Shown: one piece after another, positions 17,732 through 25,522 of the stretch
How positions within the stretch are numbered: position 1 is the stretch's first letter
How the letters are laid out: each line of letters starts with the position of its first letter
Assembly (NCBI GenBank): GCA_016219485.1
Contig: JACRMX010000035.1
Coordinates: forward strand, 1 to 33,235
DNA from: Candidatus Aenigmatarchaeota archaeon
Lineage (GTDB): Archaea > Aenigmatarchaeota > Aenigmatarchaeia > GW2011-AR5 > JACRMX01
Reading direction: 5' to 3'
Length of the DNA stretch: 33,235 nucleotides
Notes under the pieces: generated by a model
The model's input: only the letters and a program-made list of their open reading frames with translations
Databases searched by the model: none
What the model was told of the DNA's origin: nothing
Program-made: the position numbers and the translations under genes

Positions 17732-18466
17732 TTATTTTTTGGCTATTTCCCATAAAACTTTGAAATGGTTCTTATAGCTCTCCGCAATTTCTTTGCTGAT
17801 TGTTCTTATTGCAAACGGATGTTCTTTACTCCACATAACAAAAACAACCCTATCTTTATATATCCAAGTAGAAGAAGGGCTTGAATATTCTGAAGGCATA
17901 TAACCAATTTCTGTATAATTTAACTTAGAAAGCTCTTTTCCCCTCTTTTTCCCAGTCTTAGAGGTATCAAGAATAGCCTTTAATCTAATCTTATTTTTTT
18001 GTCTCCCTTTTTCCCAGTGTTCTATATAATAGGGCAAAATCTCCGGGCCTTTTCCAGAACTACCAAAGGAAAACCATTCTTCCTTTAATCTTAAAATATC
18101 ATTAAGTATAGTTTTTATCCCCTCTTTTCCTTCTAAAATTTCTACTATTGATTTACTTTCAGAAATATGAGATAATTTGGATAGCTGAGGAAGGATAAGT
18201 TTTATTTTTTCTTCCCTTTCTTTTACCAACTCTAAGATTTTTTCAGGATTAATCGCACTAAAATATTTTCGATTTTCTTTAATTACATAGCTCGTAAATC
18301 CTTTCACGATTAATCTCTTTAGGATTTGATAAACGTGCGACCTATTTATTCTTGTTTCTTCTGCAATTCTACTTGCTAAAATAGAACCACTTCTTAACAT
18401 TACTAAATATATTTTTATTTCTTGCTCAGTTAGTCCTATTTCTTTTAATGTGTTCTCTATCTCCAT
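17732..18466 (-). CDS. TrmB-family transcriptional regulator
   Basis: IGLTEQEIKIYL...IA....INRSHVY.ILKRL..KG wHTH; EGKEGIK; C-terminal IYKDRV effector-domain pattern. Confidence 0.88.
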   Translation of the reverse strand: MEIENTLKEIGLTEQEIKIYLVMLRSGSILASRIAEETRINRSHVYQILKRLIVKGFTSYVIKENRKYFSAINPEKILELVKEREEKIKLILPQLSKLSHISESKSIVEILEGKEGIKTILNDILRLKEEWFSFGSSGKGPEILPYYIEHWEKGRQKNKIRLKAILDTSKTGKKRGKELSKLNYTEIGYMPSEYSSPSSTWIYKDRVVFVMWSKEHPFAIRTISKEIAESYKNHFKVLWEIAKK

Positions 18467-18507
18467 AATTAAAGAATATAGTTTCTATTATTTAAACCTT
18501 TTCTATC

Positions 18508-18528
18508 TGTTGTTATATTGTAACAACA
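18508..18528. promoter_or_regulatory. Palindromic operator between divergent TATA boxes
   Basis: TGTTGTTA-TATTG-TAACAACA; TTTAAATA on minus strand (18489-18496) and TTTTTATA (18533-18540) on plus. Confidence 0.65.
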
Positions 18529-18585
18529 ACTTTTTTTATATGTTTTACGTGCAACTACTATTAAATAAAATTAAGGAGAGAGATT

Positions 18586-19929
18586 ATGGTAACTAAAAAA
18601 ATACAAATGTTTATTCCCGAACAAGAATATCGAGAGATAAAATCAGAAGGTTGGACAAGACCACATGGAGTTGGAATTATTGGAACTTACCTCCGGCAGA
18701 AAGGTTACGATGTAGAGGTCTTTTCAGGGGTTTCTGGAACAAGTCATCGAGAAATGCTAGGACAGGTTGGAGCAGACGTGGTTGGATGTACGACAACAAT
18801 TGGGAATTATGTTCAAGCATTAAAAATTGTTAGACAGGCGAAAAAAGTAAACCCAAATTGTTTGACTATTCTTGGGGGTCCAGAAGCGACACAACTGTAC
18901 GGTGAAGTGTTAACTAATAGAGGTACGAATTCCAGAGATTATTGTGTAGATGTCGTTGTCTGTGGTGATGGGGTGAAAACTGCTTATGAACTTGTATCTG
19001 GAAAAGAATGGGAAAGTATTCCAAATCTAGCTTTTCTATCTAATAGAGAACTAATTACTACACCCCGACTTAGAGAAGATAAGAATAATTGGCCTTTAAT
19101 TGACAATACTTTTTTTGATATGGGAAGAGTATTAAGTACTTACGGAAGAAAATTTGAAGGGCTAACCCCTTTCAGAAAAGCTACAAGTATTATGTCCCAA
19201 TACGGATGTAATTCCCATCATTGTAAATTCTGTGGAAGAACAGATAGGCAATGGTTTGGGAGAGATACAAAAGAAGTTTGGCAAGAGATTAAAGAGCTAG
19301 TTGAGATATATGGGGCAGAAATGCTATTTGATTTTTCTGATTCTTTTGTTCAGAGACCAGAATACGCAGAACAATTTTTAAGAGATAAACCCACGGATTT
19401 AAATCCTTCATTTAGATTCTTTGCTAGGGCAGATCAATTAAATCCCCAGATAGTACAATTGTTAAAAAAACTTGGAACTTATGAAGTTTATATTGGTTTT
19501 GAATCTGGAGACCAGCAAATGTTGGATAATATGGCTAAAGGGATAACTACGGAGCAAAACCTTTATGCTGCAAAATTGCTAGGAGATTTTGAAATTAAAA
19601 TCCTTGGTTCATTTGTTTTAGGAGCTCCTGGCGAAACAAAAAAATCTCTAGAGAATACAGTCACTCATGCCGAACAAATTCAGGAAGTAAGCAATGGAAG
19701 ATTAGAACAATGTTTATGTTCTGTTTGGATGCCTCTCCCCGGTTCATGGGGATTTAGGCAGATACAAAAAGAATTCTCTGGTCAAGACATTTTAGATTTA
19801 GAGGAATTAAAACAAACATGGGTAAGAAAAATGTGCGATGTTCAATATAATGAATTGAGCGATTATGTTAATAAAGTATTAGAATCTTCGGGAGCTCCAC
19901 TAACTGATGTAAAAGGAATAAAAAACTGA
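18586..19929 (+). CDS. B12-binding-domain radical SAM protein
   Basis: N-terminal B12-like domain (TILGGPEAT, DVVVCGDG), GCNSHHCKFC cluster motif, IGFESGDQ, GAPGET. Confidence 0.88.
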   Translation: MVTKKIQMFIPEQEYREIKSEGWTRPHGVGIIGTYLRQKGYDVEVFSGVSGTSHREMLGQVGADVVGCTTTIGNYVQALKIVRQAKKVNPNCLTILGGPEATQLYGEVLTNRGTNSRDYCVDVVVCGDGVKTAYELVSGKEWESIPNLAFLSNRELITTPRLREDKNNWPLIDNTFFDMGRVLSTYGRKFEGLTPFRKATSIMSQYGCNSHHCKFCGRTDRQWFGRDTKEVWQEIKELVEIYGAEMLFDFSDSFVQRPEYAEQFLRDKPTDLNPSFRFFARADQLNPQIVQLLKKLGTYEVYIGFESGDQQMLDNMAKGITTEQNLYAAKLLGDFEIKILGSFVLGAPGETKKSLENTVTHAEQIQEVSNGRLEQCLCSVWMPLPGSWGFRQIQKEFSGQDILDLEELKQTWVRKMCDVQYNELSDYVNKVLESSGAPLTDVKGIKN

Positions 19930-19972
19930 ATAACTAAAAATCATTGACCAAAAAAAACCTGAAAATATTTGA

Positions 19973-20049
19973 GCCCACCTGCATGGATACGCAAAATTCT
20001 TTCAGAATTCCAAATGATTGGTTACGCCTCGCACTTCGCATAAGCCGGT
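19973..20049 (+). other. Degenerate attC-like site
   Basis: GCCCACC (one mismatch from RYYYAAC) ... GAATT/AATTC stem ... ACTTCGCATAAGCCG. Confidence 0.3.
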
Positions 20050-21342
20050 TTATGCCAAATCACTATGTGATTTCGAATATGCATTTTCGCAGCAGAAAAT
20101 AGAAGCAGAAACAATGTCACCTAATCCAACTATGTCTCTGGGCTTTTTTGCCATTCTGTTGGGCACAGCAATGACATCATAATAGTCTCCGATTCCAATG
20201 CCGTTTTTCATTATAATACCCCTTTTCATAAGCCATTTTTTAAGACGTTTTATCTCTCTTTTCCCTGCTGCTGACAGGGGCACGTCAAGCCCTGAAAAAA
20301 CATCTTTTTTCTTGTTTATGTCTCCTATTGCCTCTGCTGCTGCTGAAGCAGCTGCAAATTCCAGCGATTTTTTGATTTCACCCGGATCAGAGAAATAATT
20401 TTTTCTTCTTACAGCAAGGAAATATCCTTTGTAGTGAAAATGCACGCTTTTAGCGCCAAGGTCGAGAATTTTTAAAATGCCCGAGAACTTCTCTTCGATT
20501 GTTCTGCATCTCTTTCCATGAATTATTCTGATTATCTGATTCAGCTCAGTGTTGTCAAGCCCTACAGAATCAGCATACCTGATAAGGGGCACGATGTGCT
20601 TCAGATTTTTTTTATCTGACGCAACAAGCTCGATATGGACCGGTATGCCAGCTTTGTTGAGAACCCTGATTACGCTGCGGGCGCATGAAAACTGGCGCCT
20701 GTAGTTGTTTTTCACATTCTGAAATCCAGACAGCAGCGCAAAGTCTATTTTAGGCATTATTTTTCTCACGCTTTTTATTCCAAATTCATATTTGTCAGGC
20801 CGGGATGCTGCTATAAACCTGCCATTTTTTAAAGCCCTGACTTTTCTTACCATCGTTCCGCTGTTGTATTCAAAAATCCAGTTTATTTTTTCTTTATCAT
20901 TGCGGAAGTTTTTTTTCGGGTGCTTAAAATTTTTCCACCATTTCACATTTTTTCCAAAAAGCCTGCTCTGCCTTTTTGAGAGAAATGGCGTATACACAAC
21001 AGCCGGAATTTCCATCGATGACAGGAAATTGCCCATTATTCCTGCCTGTCCCCCCATTTTTTGCTGTTCAGGTTTCATGTTCTTCTCAAGCCATAGGCTT
21101 ACTTTTCTGCTGATGGGCATTTCCATTGCCTCGCCATTTTTCATAAAGTAAAGCAGCCCTGAGAAAAGATCCTTTTCATTTTTTATCCTGCGGGAAATTT
21201 CAGGTTTCGTGCCCTTCATGTATCTTTCAATTCTGCTGTCAACATGGACGATGTTGTCTATGTTTGTATTATAAGCGAGAAATGCCCCCTTTAGCCTGCT
21301 GAAATTTTTCAGGTTTTCACCTATCAATTCTCTGTGGTACAT
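20050..21342 (-). CDS. ADP-dependent glucokinase/phosphofructokinase
   Basis: AYNTNID, MGGQAGIMGN, INWIFEY, RFIAAS, LLSGFQ, HIE, VGLGDIVS; likely start ATG 21342. Confidence 0.9.
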   Translation of the reverse strand: MYHRELIGENLKNFSRLKGAFLAYNTNIDNIVHVDSRIERYMKGTKPEISRRIKNEKDLFSGLLYFMKNGEAMEMPISRKVSLWLEKNMKPEQQKMGGQAGIMGNFLSSMEIPAVVYTPFLSKRQSRLFGKNVKWWKNFKHPKKNFRNDKEKINWIFEYNSGTMVRKVRALKNGRFIAASRPDKYEFGIKSVRKIMPKIDFALLSGFQNVKNNYRRQFSCARSVIRVLNKAGIPVHIELVASDKKNLKHIVPLIRYADSVGLDNTELNQIIRIIHGKRCRTIEEKFSGILKILDLGAKSVHFHYKGYFLAVRRKNYFSDPGEIKKSLEFAAASAAAEAIGDINKKKDVFSGLDVPLSAAGKREIKRLKKWLMKRGIIMKNGIGIGDYYDVIAVPNRMAKKPRDIVGLGDIVSASIFCCENAYSKSHSDLA

Positions 21343-21408
21343 AATAATTATAGTCTTTTGCCGGAATAAAAGCATTCAGTGGTGAGTAGCCTTTTAAAAT
21401 AAAAGAAG

Positions 21409-21611
21409 TGCGAGAGGCAGGATTTGAACCTGCGAACGGACTAACCGACAGGATTTCTCTTTCACTCCAGCTCTGCTGGTCAACACTCAAGTAGATAGCG
21501 CCTTCAGGAAGTTTCTCTTTCGTCCAAACCGACAACCTTCGGTTGTCAATTCGCTTTAAAGAGAAAAGGGTTACTTGAGTCCTGCGCCTTTGACCGCTTG
21601 GCTACTCTCGC
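21409..21611 (-). tRNA. tRNA-Leu(CAA) with 119-nt intron at 37/38 (21455-21573)
   Basis: GCGAGAG/CTCTCGC acceptor, CAGGA-CTCAAG|A-TCCTG anticodon arm, long variable arm, GCAGG-TTCAAAT-CCTGC. Confidence 0.9.
21455..21573 (-). ncRNA. tRNA intron with candidate box D'/C' guide for Cm34
   Basis: TACTTGAGT-G-TTGA-CCAGC-AGA-GCTGG-AGT-GAAA; antisense to ACTCAAG|TA; k-turn geometry. Confidence 0.55.
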
Positions 21612-21750
21612 ATAAATTAATAATAGAATAATAATAGAAATAGGCTTATAAACATTTGAAAATTCTTATGAAAATTTTCCATGCATAGCATCAAAGAAGC
21701 TTTGCTTTCCTAATGAGCTCTGCTTTTCCTTATATTCACATTTCTGATAT

Positions 21751-22167
21751 TTACCTTAGCGTTTCAAGATCTTTCTTCAGCTCAGATATCTGCCTTTGCA
21801 GGTCCATCAGTCCGTCTTCAACATGACCGACTTCTTCCACGCTTTCTTCTTCAAAAGGTATGCCACGCGGCCTTAGCATAATATTATCGAGCTCAACAGT
21901 TCTTTTCTCAAGCCTTTGCATGGTTGTTTTCAGTATATTAAGGGCATCCTTTCGTATGGTTTCTATTTCACTTAGAATAGTAAAAGCCTGTTTTGTGCCT
22001 GCGATGAACGTCCTTATTTCCTGAACGCTTTTTACGATATCCCTGTACTTTTCTATTTTGACGAAAAGCGGCGCACCAATGTTAGGGCTGGTGGTTACTA
22101 TCTCTTCTTCCGGCTCGACTGCTTTCTTTATGTCCTCCAGATCACTAGTCTTTTTTGGAAAAATCAT
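21751..22167 (-). CDS. Hypothetical coiled-coil protein
   Basis: PLFVKIEKY followed by heptad-rich helices; SD GTGGGAG upstream. Confidence 0.7.
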   Translation of the reverse strand: MIFPKKTSDLEDIKKAVEPEEEIVTTSPNIGAPLFVKIEKYRDIVKSVQEIRTFIAGTKQAFTILSEIETIRKDALNILKTTMQRLEKRTVELDNIMLRPRGIPFEEESVEEVGHVEDGLMDLQRQISELKKDLETLR

Positions 22168-22209
22168 GCTCCCACTTTTTAATCTTTGGTTCCAATGCTT
22201 AAATAATTA

Positions 22210-22312
22210 TGCGGTGGCCGAGATATGCGGCAGGCATAAACTATATGCCGGCTTTCGAACTCGGGTCTCAACCGTGGCAGGGTTGTGTCCTAACCAGCTA
22301 GACTACCACCGC
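22210..22312 (-). tRNA. tRNA-Gly(GCC) with 30-nt T-loop intron at 59/60 (22224-22253)
   Basis: GCGGTGG/CCACCGC, CAACC-CTGCCAC-GGTTG; TTCGAA|intron|T with BHB-like junction (one mismatch in central helix). Confidence 0.9.
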
Positions 22313-22417
22313 AGTAAGAAACTATCCATTAATACAAATAAATATGTTTGAAAGGCTGTTCCATACGTTAGACTAAAATACGTAAAAATAATTAAAGAAA
22401 ATAGGAAAAAGAAAAAA

Positions 22418-23053
22418 TTAAATCCTGAACTTCCTGACGTATTTCTTCGAAACCTCGGATACAGCGTCTTTCAAGCCCAAGCCAAGTGCTATTGCAACAC
22501 CAAGACCCAGTGCCCCTATTACGACCAGCAGTATATTGTTCACCAGTGTCGCTGGGATTCCCAATATCGGCAGAGCAAGAGCAACTGCAACGTAGAGTAT
22601 GAAGAAGTACAGTATTTTGCCAACAAGGCTTGCATAGATTTCTTTCATCTTCTTCATCTGCGCTCTTATGTACTCTCCGATGACATAACCAACGATTACA
22701 ATCACTGCTGCGCCAATCACATTAGGTATGAATCCTGTGATCTCTCCCATCCATTCAGCCAGCGATGGTATACCAAGCACCTCCCTTGACAATGCTGCTG
22801 CGACAAAGGCAAGGTATATCCACCATCTTACTATAAGAGCGAAGATGTCGCTCAGGCTTATTACCGGCTTGTGCGTTTCTGTTACATAGTAGTCGAGCTT
22901 TATCCTCGTCAGAACTTCTTTTACTACTCTGCCGACGATTTTTCCGACTACTAGGCCGATTACTAGCAGGATGATAGCGCTGATAATGTTGGGCATATAG
23001 ACTACTGTTTGTGTTCCGAGCTCACCCAAAACATTTACAATTGGAGCTACCAT
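22418..23053 (-). CDS. Multi-TM protein with conserved TM-helix repeats (MscS/CmpX-associated type)
   Basis: Two P.(I/V)I.A..I..(I/V)G repeats; C-terminal ALG.G.A.ALGLG.KD. Confidence 0.75.
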   Translation of the reverse strand: MVAPIVNVLGELGTQTVVYMPNIISAIILLVIGLVVGKIVGRVVKEVLTRIKLDYYVTETHKPVISLSDIFALIVRWWIYLAFVAAALSREVLGIPSLAEWMGEITGFIPNVIGAAVIVIVGYVIGEYIRAQMKKMKEIYASLVGKILYFFILYVAVALALPILGIPATLVNNILLVVIGALGLGVAIALGLGLKDAVSEVSKKYVRKFRI

Positions 23054-23169
23054 TTTCTAATCCTCCATTATTTATCTAGCGTATTGCTGTTACGCCTAAC
23101 TATGGATATATATAATTACCTGATGGCCCCTTTATAAAGATTTTTTCTAGGACGCAGTACGATAAAATA

Positions 23170-23228
23170 CGCGGAAACAGTATTCGAACCTCTGTGTCGG
23201 CTGATGCCTCCAACGGTTCAAATCCTGC
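23170..23228. other. Two degenerate tRNA 3'/T-arm fragments in opposite orientations
   Basis: rc 23170-23191 AGGTTCGAATACTGTTTCCGCG resembles Ser(CGA) 3' end; 23215-23228 GGTTCAAATCCTGC identical to Leu(CAA) T arm. Confidence 0.45.
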
Positions 23229-23338
23229 ACTTATAGCAATACAAGGAAATAAACAGTATATTACTTCCTTGTTTGCTATATGTGAAACAAGTTGTATAAT
23301 GTCCAAATTCTTTACTTGTTTCACTATAAACTTAATAG

Positions 23339-23514
23339 CGCCGGAAGCAGGATTCGAACCTGCGCTTCCATCCGACTGGCGCAGAGTCGCTTGACGAGCA
23401 AAGCTCGTCGGTTTTTCTCGTTGCGCCAAGGTTTCGGAAACCAGTTTTCGAGACTGGCGCGTTTAACCTGATCGCGGCTGCCTGTTTTTTCAGCACAGTC
23501 TCCGCCATTCCGGC
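23339..23514 (-). tRNA. tRNA-Ser(CGA) with two introns: 15/16 (23472-23499, 28 nt) and variable arm (23370-23431, 62 nt)
   Basis: Both junctions form BHB motifs (GCGG/CCGC with AG|A and GA|T bulges; CCGA/TCGG with AA|C and AT|G bulges); splicing restores D loop and TTCC-GAAA-GGAA variable arm. Confidence 0.9.
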
Positions 23515-23572
23515 TCACTACAAGACTGACGCAGCTGCATGGAAATCAATCCAAGCATGCGTATTGGTTTAA

Positions 23573-23721
23573 CGCCGGGAGCAGGATTTTCGGGCATATC
23601 TTTTCTTCTTTCCCAGGGGTTTCTTCTTTTTCTAAAAGAAGAAAGGCCTTTCGAACCTGCGCACCCCGAAGGGTACCAGCTCTCAAGGCTGGCGCGTTTA
23701 ACCAAGCTCCGCCATCCCGGC
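23573..23721 (-). tRNA. tRNA-Ser(TGA) with 63-nt T-loop intron at 59/60 (23587-23649)
   Basis: GCCGGGA/TCCCGGC, CCAGC-CTTGAGA-GCTGG; perfect BHB TTCG/CGAA with AA|A and AA|T bulges. Confidence 0.92.
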
Positions 23722-23739
23722 TTTGTTTTTTAAATATTA

Positions 23740-23828
23740 TGCACTCAAAGACATTAATATTTTAACATTTGAATGTCTTTGAGTGCACCCTGAAGGCATT
23801 ATAATATTTTCAATAATTTATGCCCTTC
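23740..23828. repeat. Tandem long hairpins between tRNA-Ser and ttuA/ncsA
   Basis: Perfect 16-bp IR TGCACTCAAAGACATT/AATGTCTTTGAGTGCA, then imperfect GAAGGCAT.../ATGCCCTTC. Confidence 0.7.
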
Positions 23829-23858
23829 GGTATACATCAAGCTTTAAAAGTGATCGTA

Positions 23859-24746
23859 ATGAAATGCAGATGCGGGTCCAAAGCTGTTTATGAAAGAAAG
23901 ACAGAGGGAAGTTTTTATTGTGATGACTGCCTTGCTCGGCAGGTTGAAAAGCGGTTCCAAAAGACTATAAGCGAGAACAAGCTTGTCAAAGCCGGGGATA
24001 CTATCGCAGTAGCACTTAGCGGAGGGAAGGATAGTTCTGCACTGCTTTACATGCTGAACAATAGCAAAAACCCGAAAACAGAAATTTTTGCAATCAGTAT
24101 AGATGAGGGCATTCGTGGCAGGGGTATATGCCTTGAAAAAGCTTCCTGCCTTACAAAAAAACTTGGAATAAGACATTTCATTTTTTCATTTGAAGAGGAG
24201 CTGGGAATAACTATAGACAGCATCAAGGACAGAAAAACATGCACATATTGCGGGGTCTTCAAAAGAAATCTGATAAACAAAAAGGCCCGGGAGCTCGGGG
24301 CGAACAAAATAGCTGTTGGGCACAACCTGAATGACGAGGCGCAATCAATATTGCTTAATTTCCTGAGGGGGGACTGTAACCATTTTCAGAGACTAGGAGC
24401 GGATCCCGTCAAAGACAAAAAATTTGTTCACAGAATAAAACCTTTGCGCGATATTCCGGAAGCAGAAATCGTGCTCTATGCCAGAATTAAAAAAATACCG
24501 CATATAAACAGGCGGTGCATATATTCCTATGACAACCAGAGGCGGGATATATTGAATATGCTGGATAGCCTTGAAAAAAAATATCCAGGCACTATTTTTC
24601 AGATAGTAAAATTCTATGACCGCATAAAGCCCTTGGTAAGCAAGAGTGATAAAGTTAGCATAGGGTACTGCGACAGATGCGGCGAACCAGGAGGAAAATT
24701 GTGCAAAAGCTGCCAGCTTCTCACAGAACTAAAGAAGCTTTCCTGA
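23859..24746 (+). CDS. tRNA 2-thiolation protein (TtuA/NcsA/Ncs6 family)
   Basis: N-terminal Zn finger, PP-loop SGGKDS, CTYCGV, GHNLND, IKPL, C-terminal CxxC/CxxC. Confidence 0.88.
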   Translation: MKCRCGSKAVYERKTEGSFYCDDCLARQVEKRFQKTISENKLVKAGDTIAVALSGGKDSSALLYMLNNSKNPKTEIFAISIDEGIRGRGICLEKASCLTKKLGIRHFIFSFEEELGITIDSIKDRKTCTYCGVFKRNLINKKARELGANKIAVGHNLNDEAQSILLNFLRGDCNHFQRLGADPVKDKKFVHRIKPLRDIPEAEIVLYARIKKIPHINRRCIYSYDNQRRDILNMLDSLEKKYPGTIFQIVKFYDRIKPLVSKSDKVSIGYCDRCGEPGGKLCKSCQLLTELKKLS

Positions 24747-25517
24747 CTGCTGGACTATTTCATATGCCAGCTTTTTTCCAAATTTCGACCCTAGTTTTTT
24801 CTCGTTTTTGATCACGTCTTTTATTGTGATAAAACCGTTTTTTTCAAGCATGCTGACTGTTCTTTTATCAATACTGAGAATAGCTACCGGATACAGCTTC
24901 TTTGCCTTGACAAGGTTTTCGAGCGAGTCTTCTTCCTTATACCGCCATCCTGTCAGCCTAATTTTTTTCCCTTCTGCATACCTCTTTGCATGTTCTGAAA
25001 ACTTGGTGTTTGTTATTATCCATGCTTTATCAAAATGATTCCTGCCTCCCCTGTTTATGTCGTCCAGCCTTGCCCAGACTTCCATTGTTTCACCCAAGCC
25101 GCAGTCGCGGTGAGGATTTGCATGCTTTTTGCATTCCACCAGATAGCTCATCTCATTTTTTGCAATGAGATCAACCTGATGCTCCACGATTTCACCTTTT
25201 ATAATCCTATTCCAGCTGCACATGTACCCATGCTCTTCCAAAAGCTTTTCAACAAATTTTTCAAAGACTTCTGAGTCCATGCGTGCAATTGCTTCCCTGA
25301 TCCTGTATACAAACATGGACTTTTCGCTGTATTTTTGCAGCTCTTTCAGGATGAGTTTGTATATTCTTTTTGTGCTTGTACCACTGGTCACGTTTTTTTC
25401 TATCTTATTAGCGACCTCTTTTGCTTCTTTCATCGGAAGCTCTGCTCTCATGCAGGTTCTTATTATTTTTTTCTTGTCGAATTTTTCACTTTCCCCATTT
25501 GCTTTGATAACGAACAT
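24729..25517 (-). CDS. ATP-cone domain fused to Mrr-like PD-(D/E)XK endonuclease
   Basis: VIKANGESEKFD.KKI ATP cone; FEKFV, HQVDLIA, LVECK, ITNTKFS..A..YA. Confidence 0.85.
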   Translation of the reverse strand: MFVIKANGESEKFDKKKIIRTCMRAELPMKEAKEVANKIEKNVTSGTSTKRIYKLILKELQKYSEKSMFVYRIREAIARMDSEVFEKFVEKLLEEHGYMCSWNRIIKGEIVEHQVDLIAKNEMSYLVECKKHANPHRDCGLGETMEVWARLDDINRGGRNHFDKAWIITNTKFSEHAKRYAEGKKIRLTGWRYKEEDSLENLVKAKKLYPVAILSIDKRTVSMLEKNGFITIKDVIKNEKKLGSKFGKKLAYEIVQQSGKLL

Positions 25518-25522
25518 CTTAG

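Noticed and set aside
17605-20047. 15-bp direct repeat as a TSD or tRNA att core
   Set aside because: No TIRs, transposase, integrase or tRNA adjacent, and the AT-rich region extends left of the first copy; attC-like reading fits better, though weakly.
21317-21535. 72-aa ORF on minus strand
   Set aside because: Read-through of the tRNA-Leu intron and 3' exon.
23100-23733. ORFs 23100-23429, 23324-23518, 23490-23705, 23539-23733
   Set aside because: They overlap intron-containing tRNA-Ser genes and have no protein motifs.
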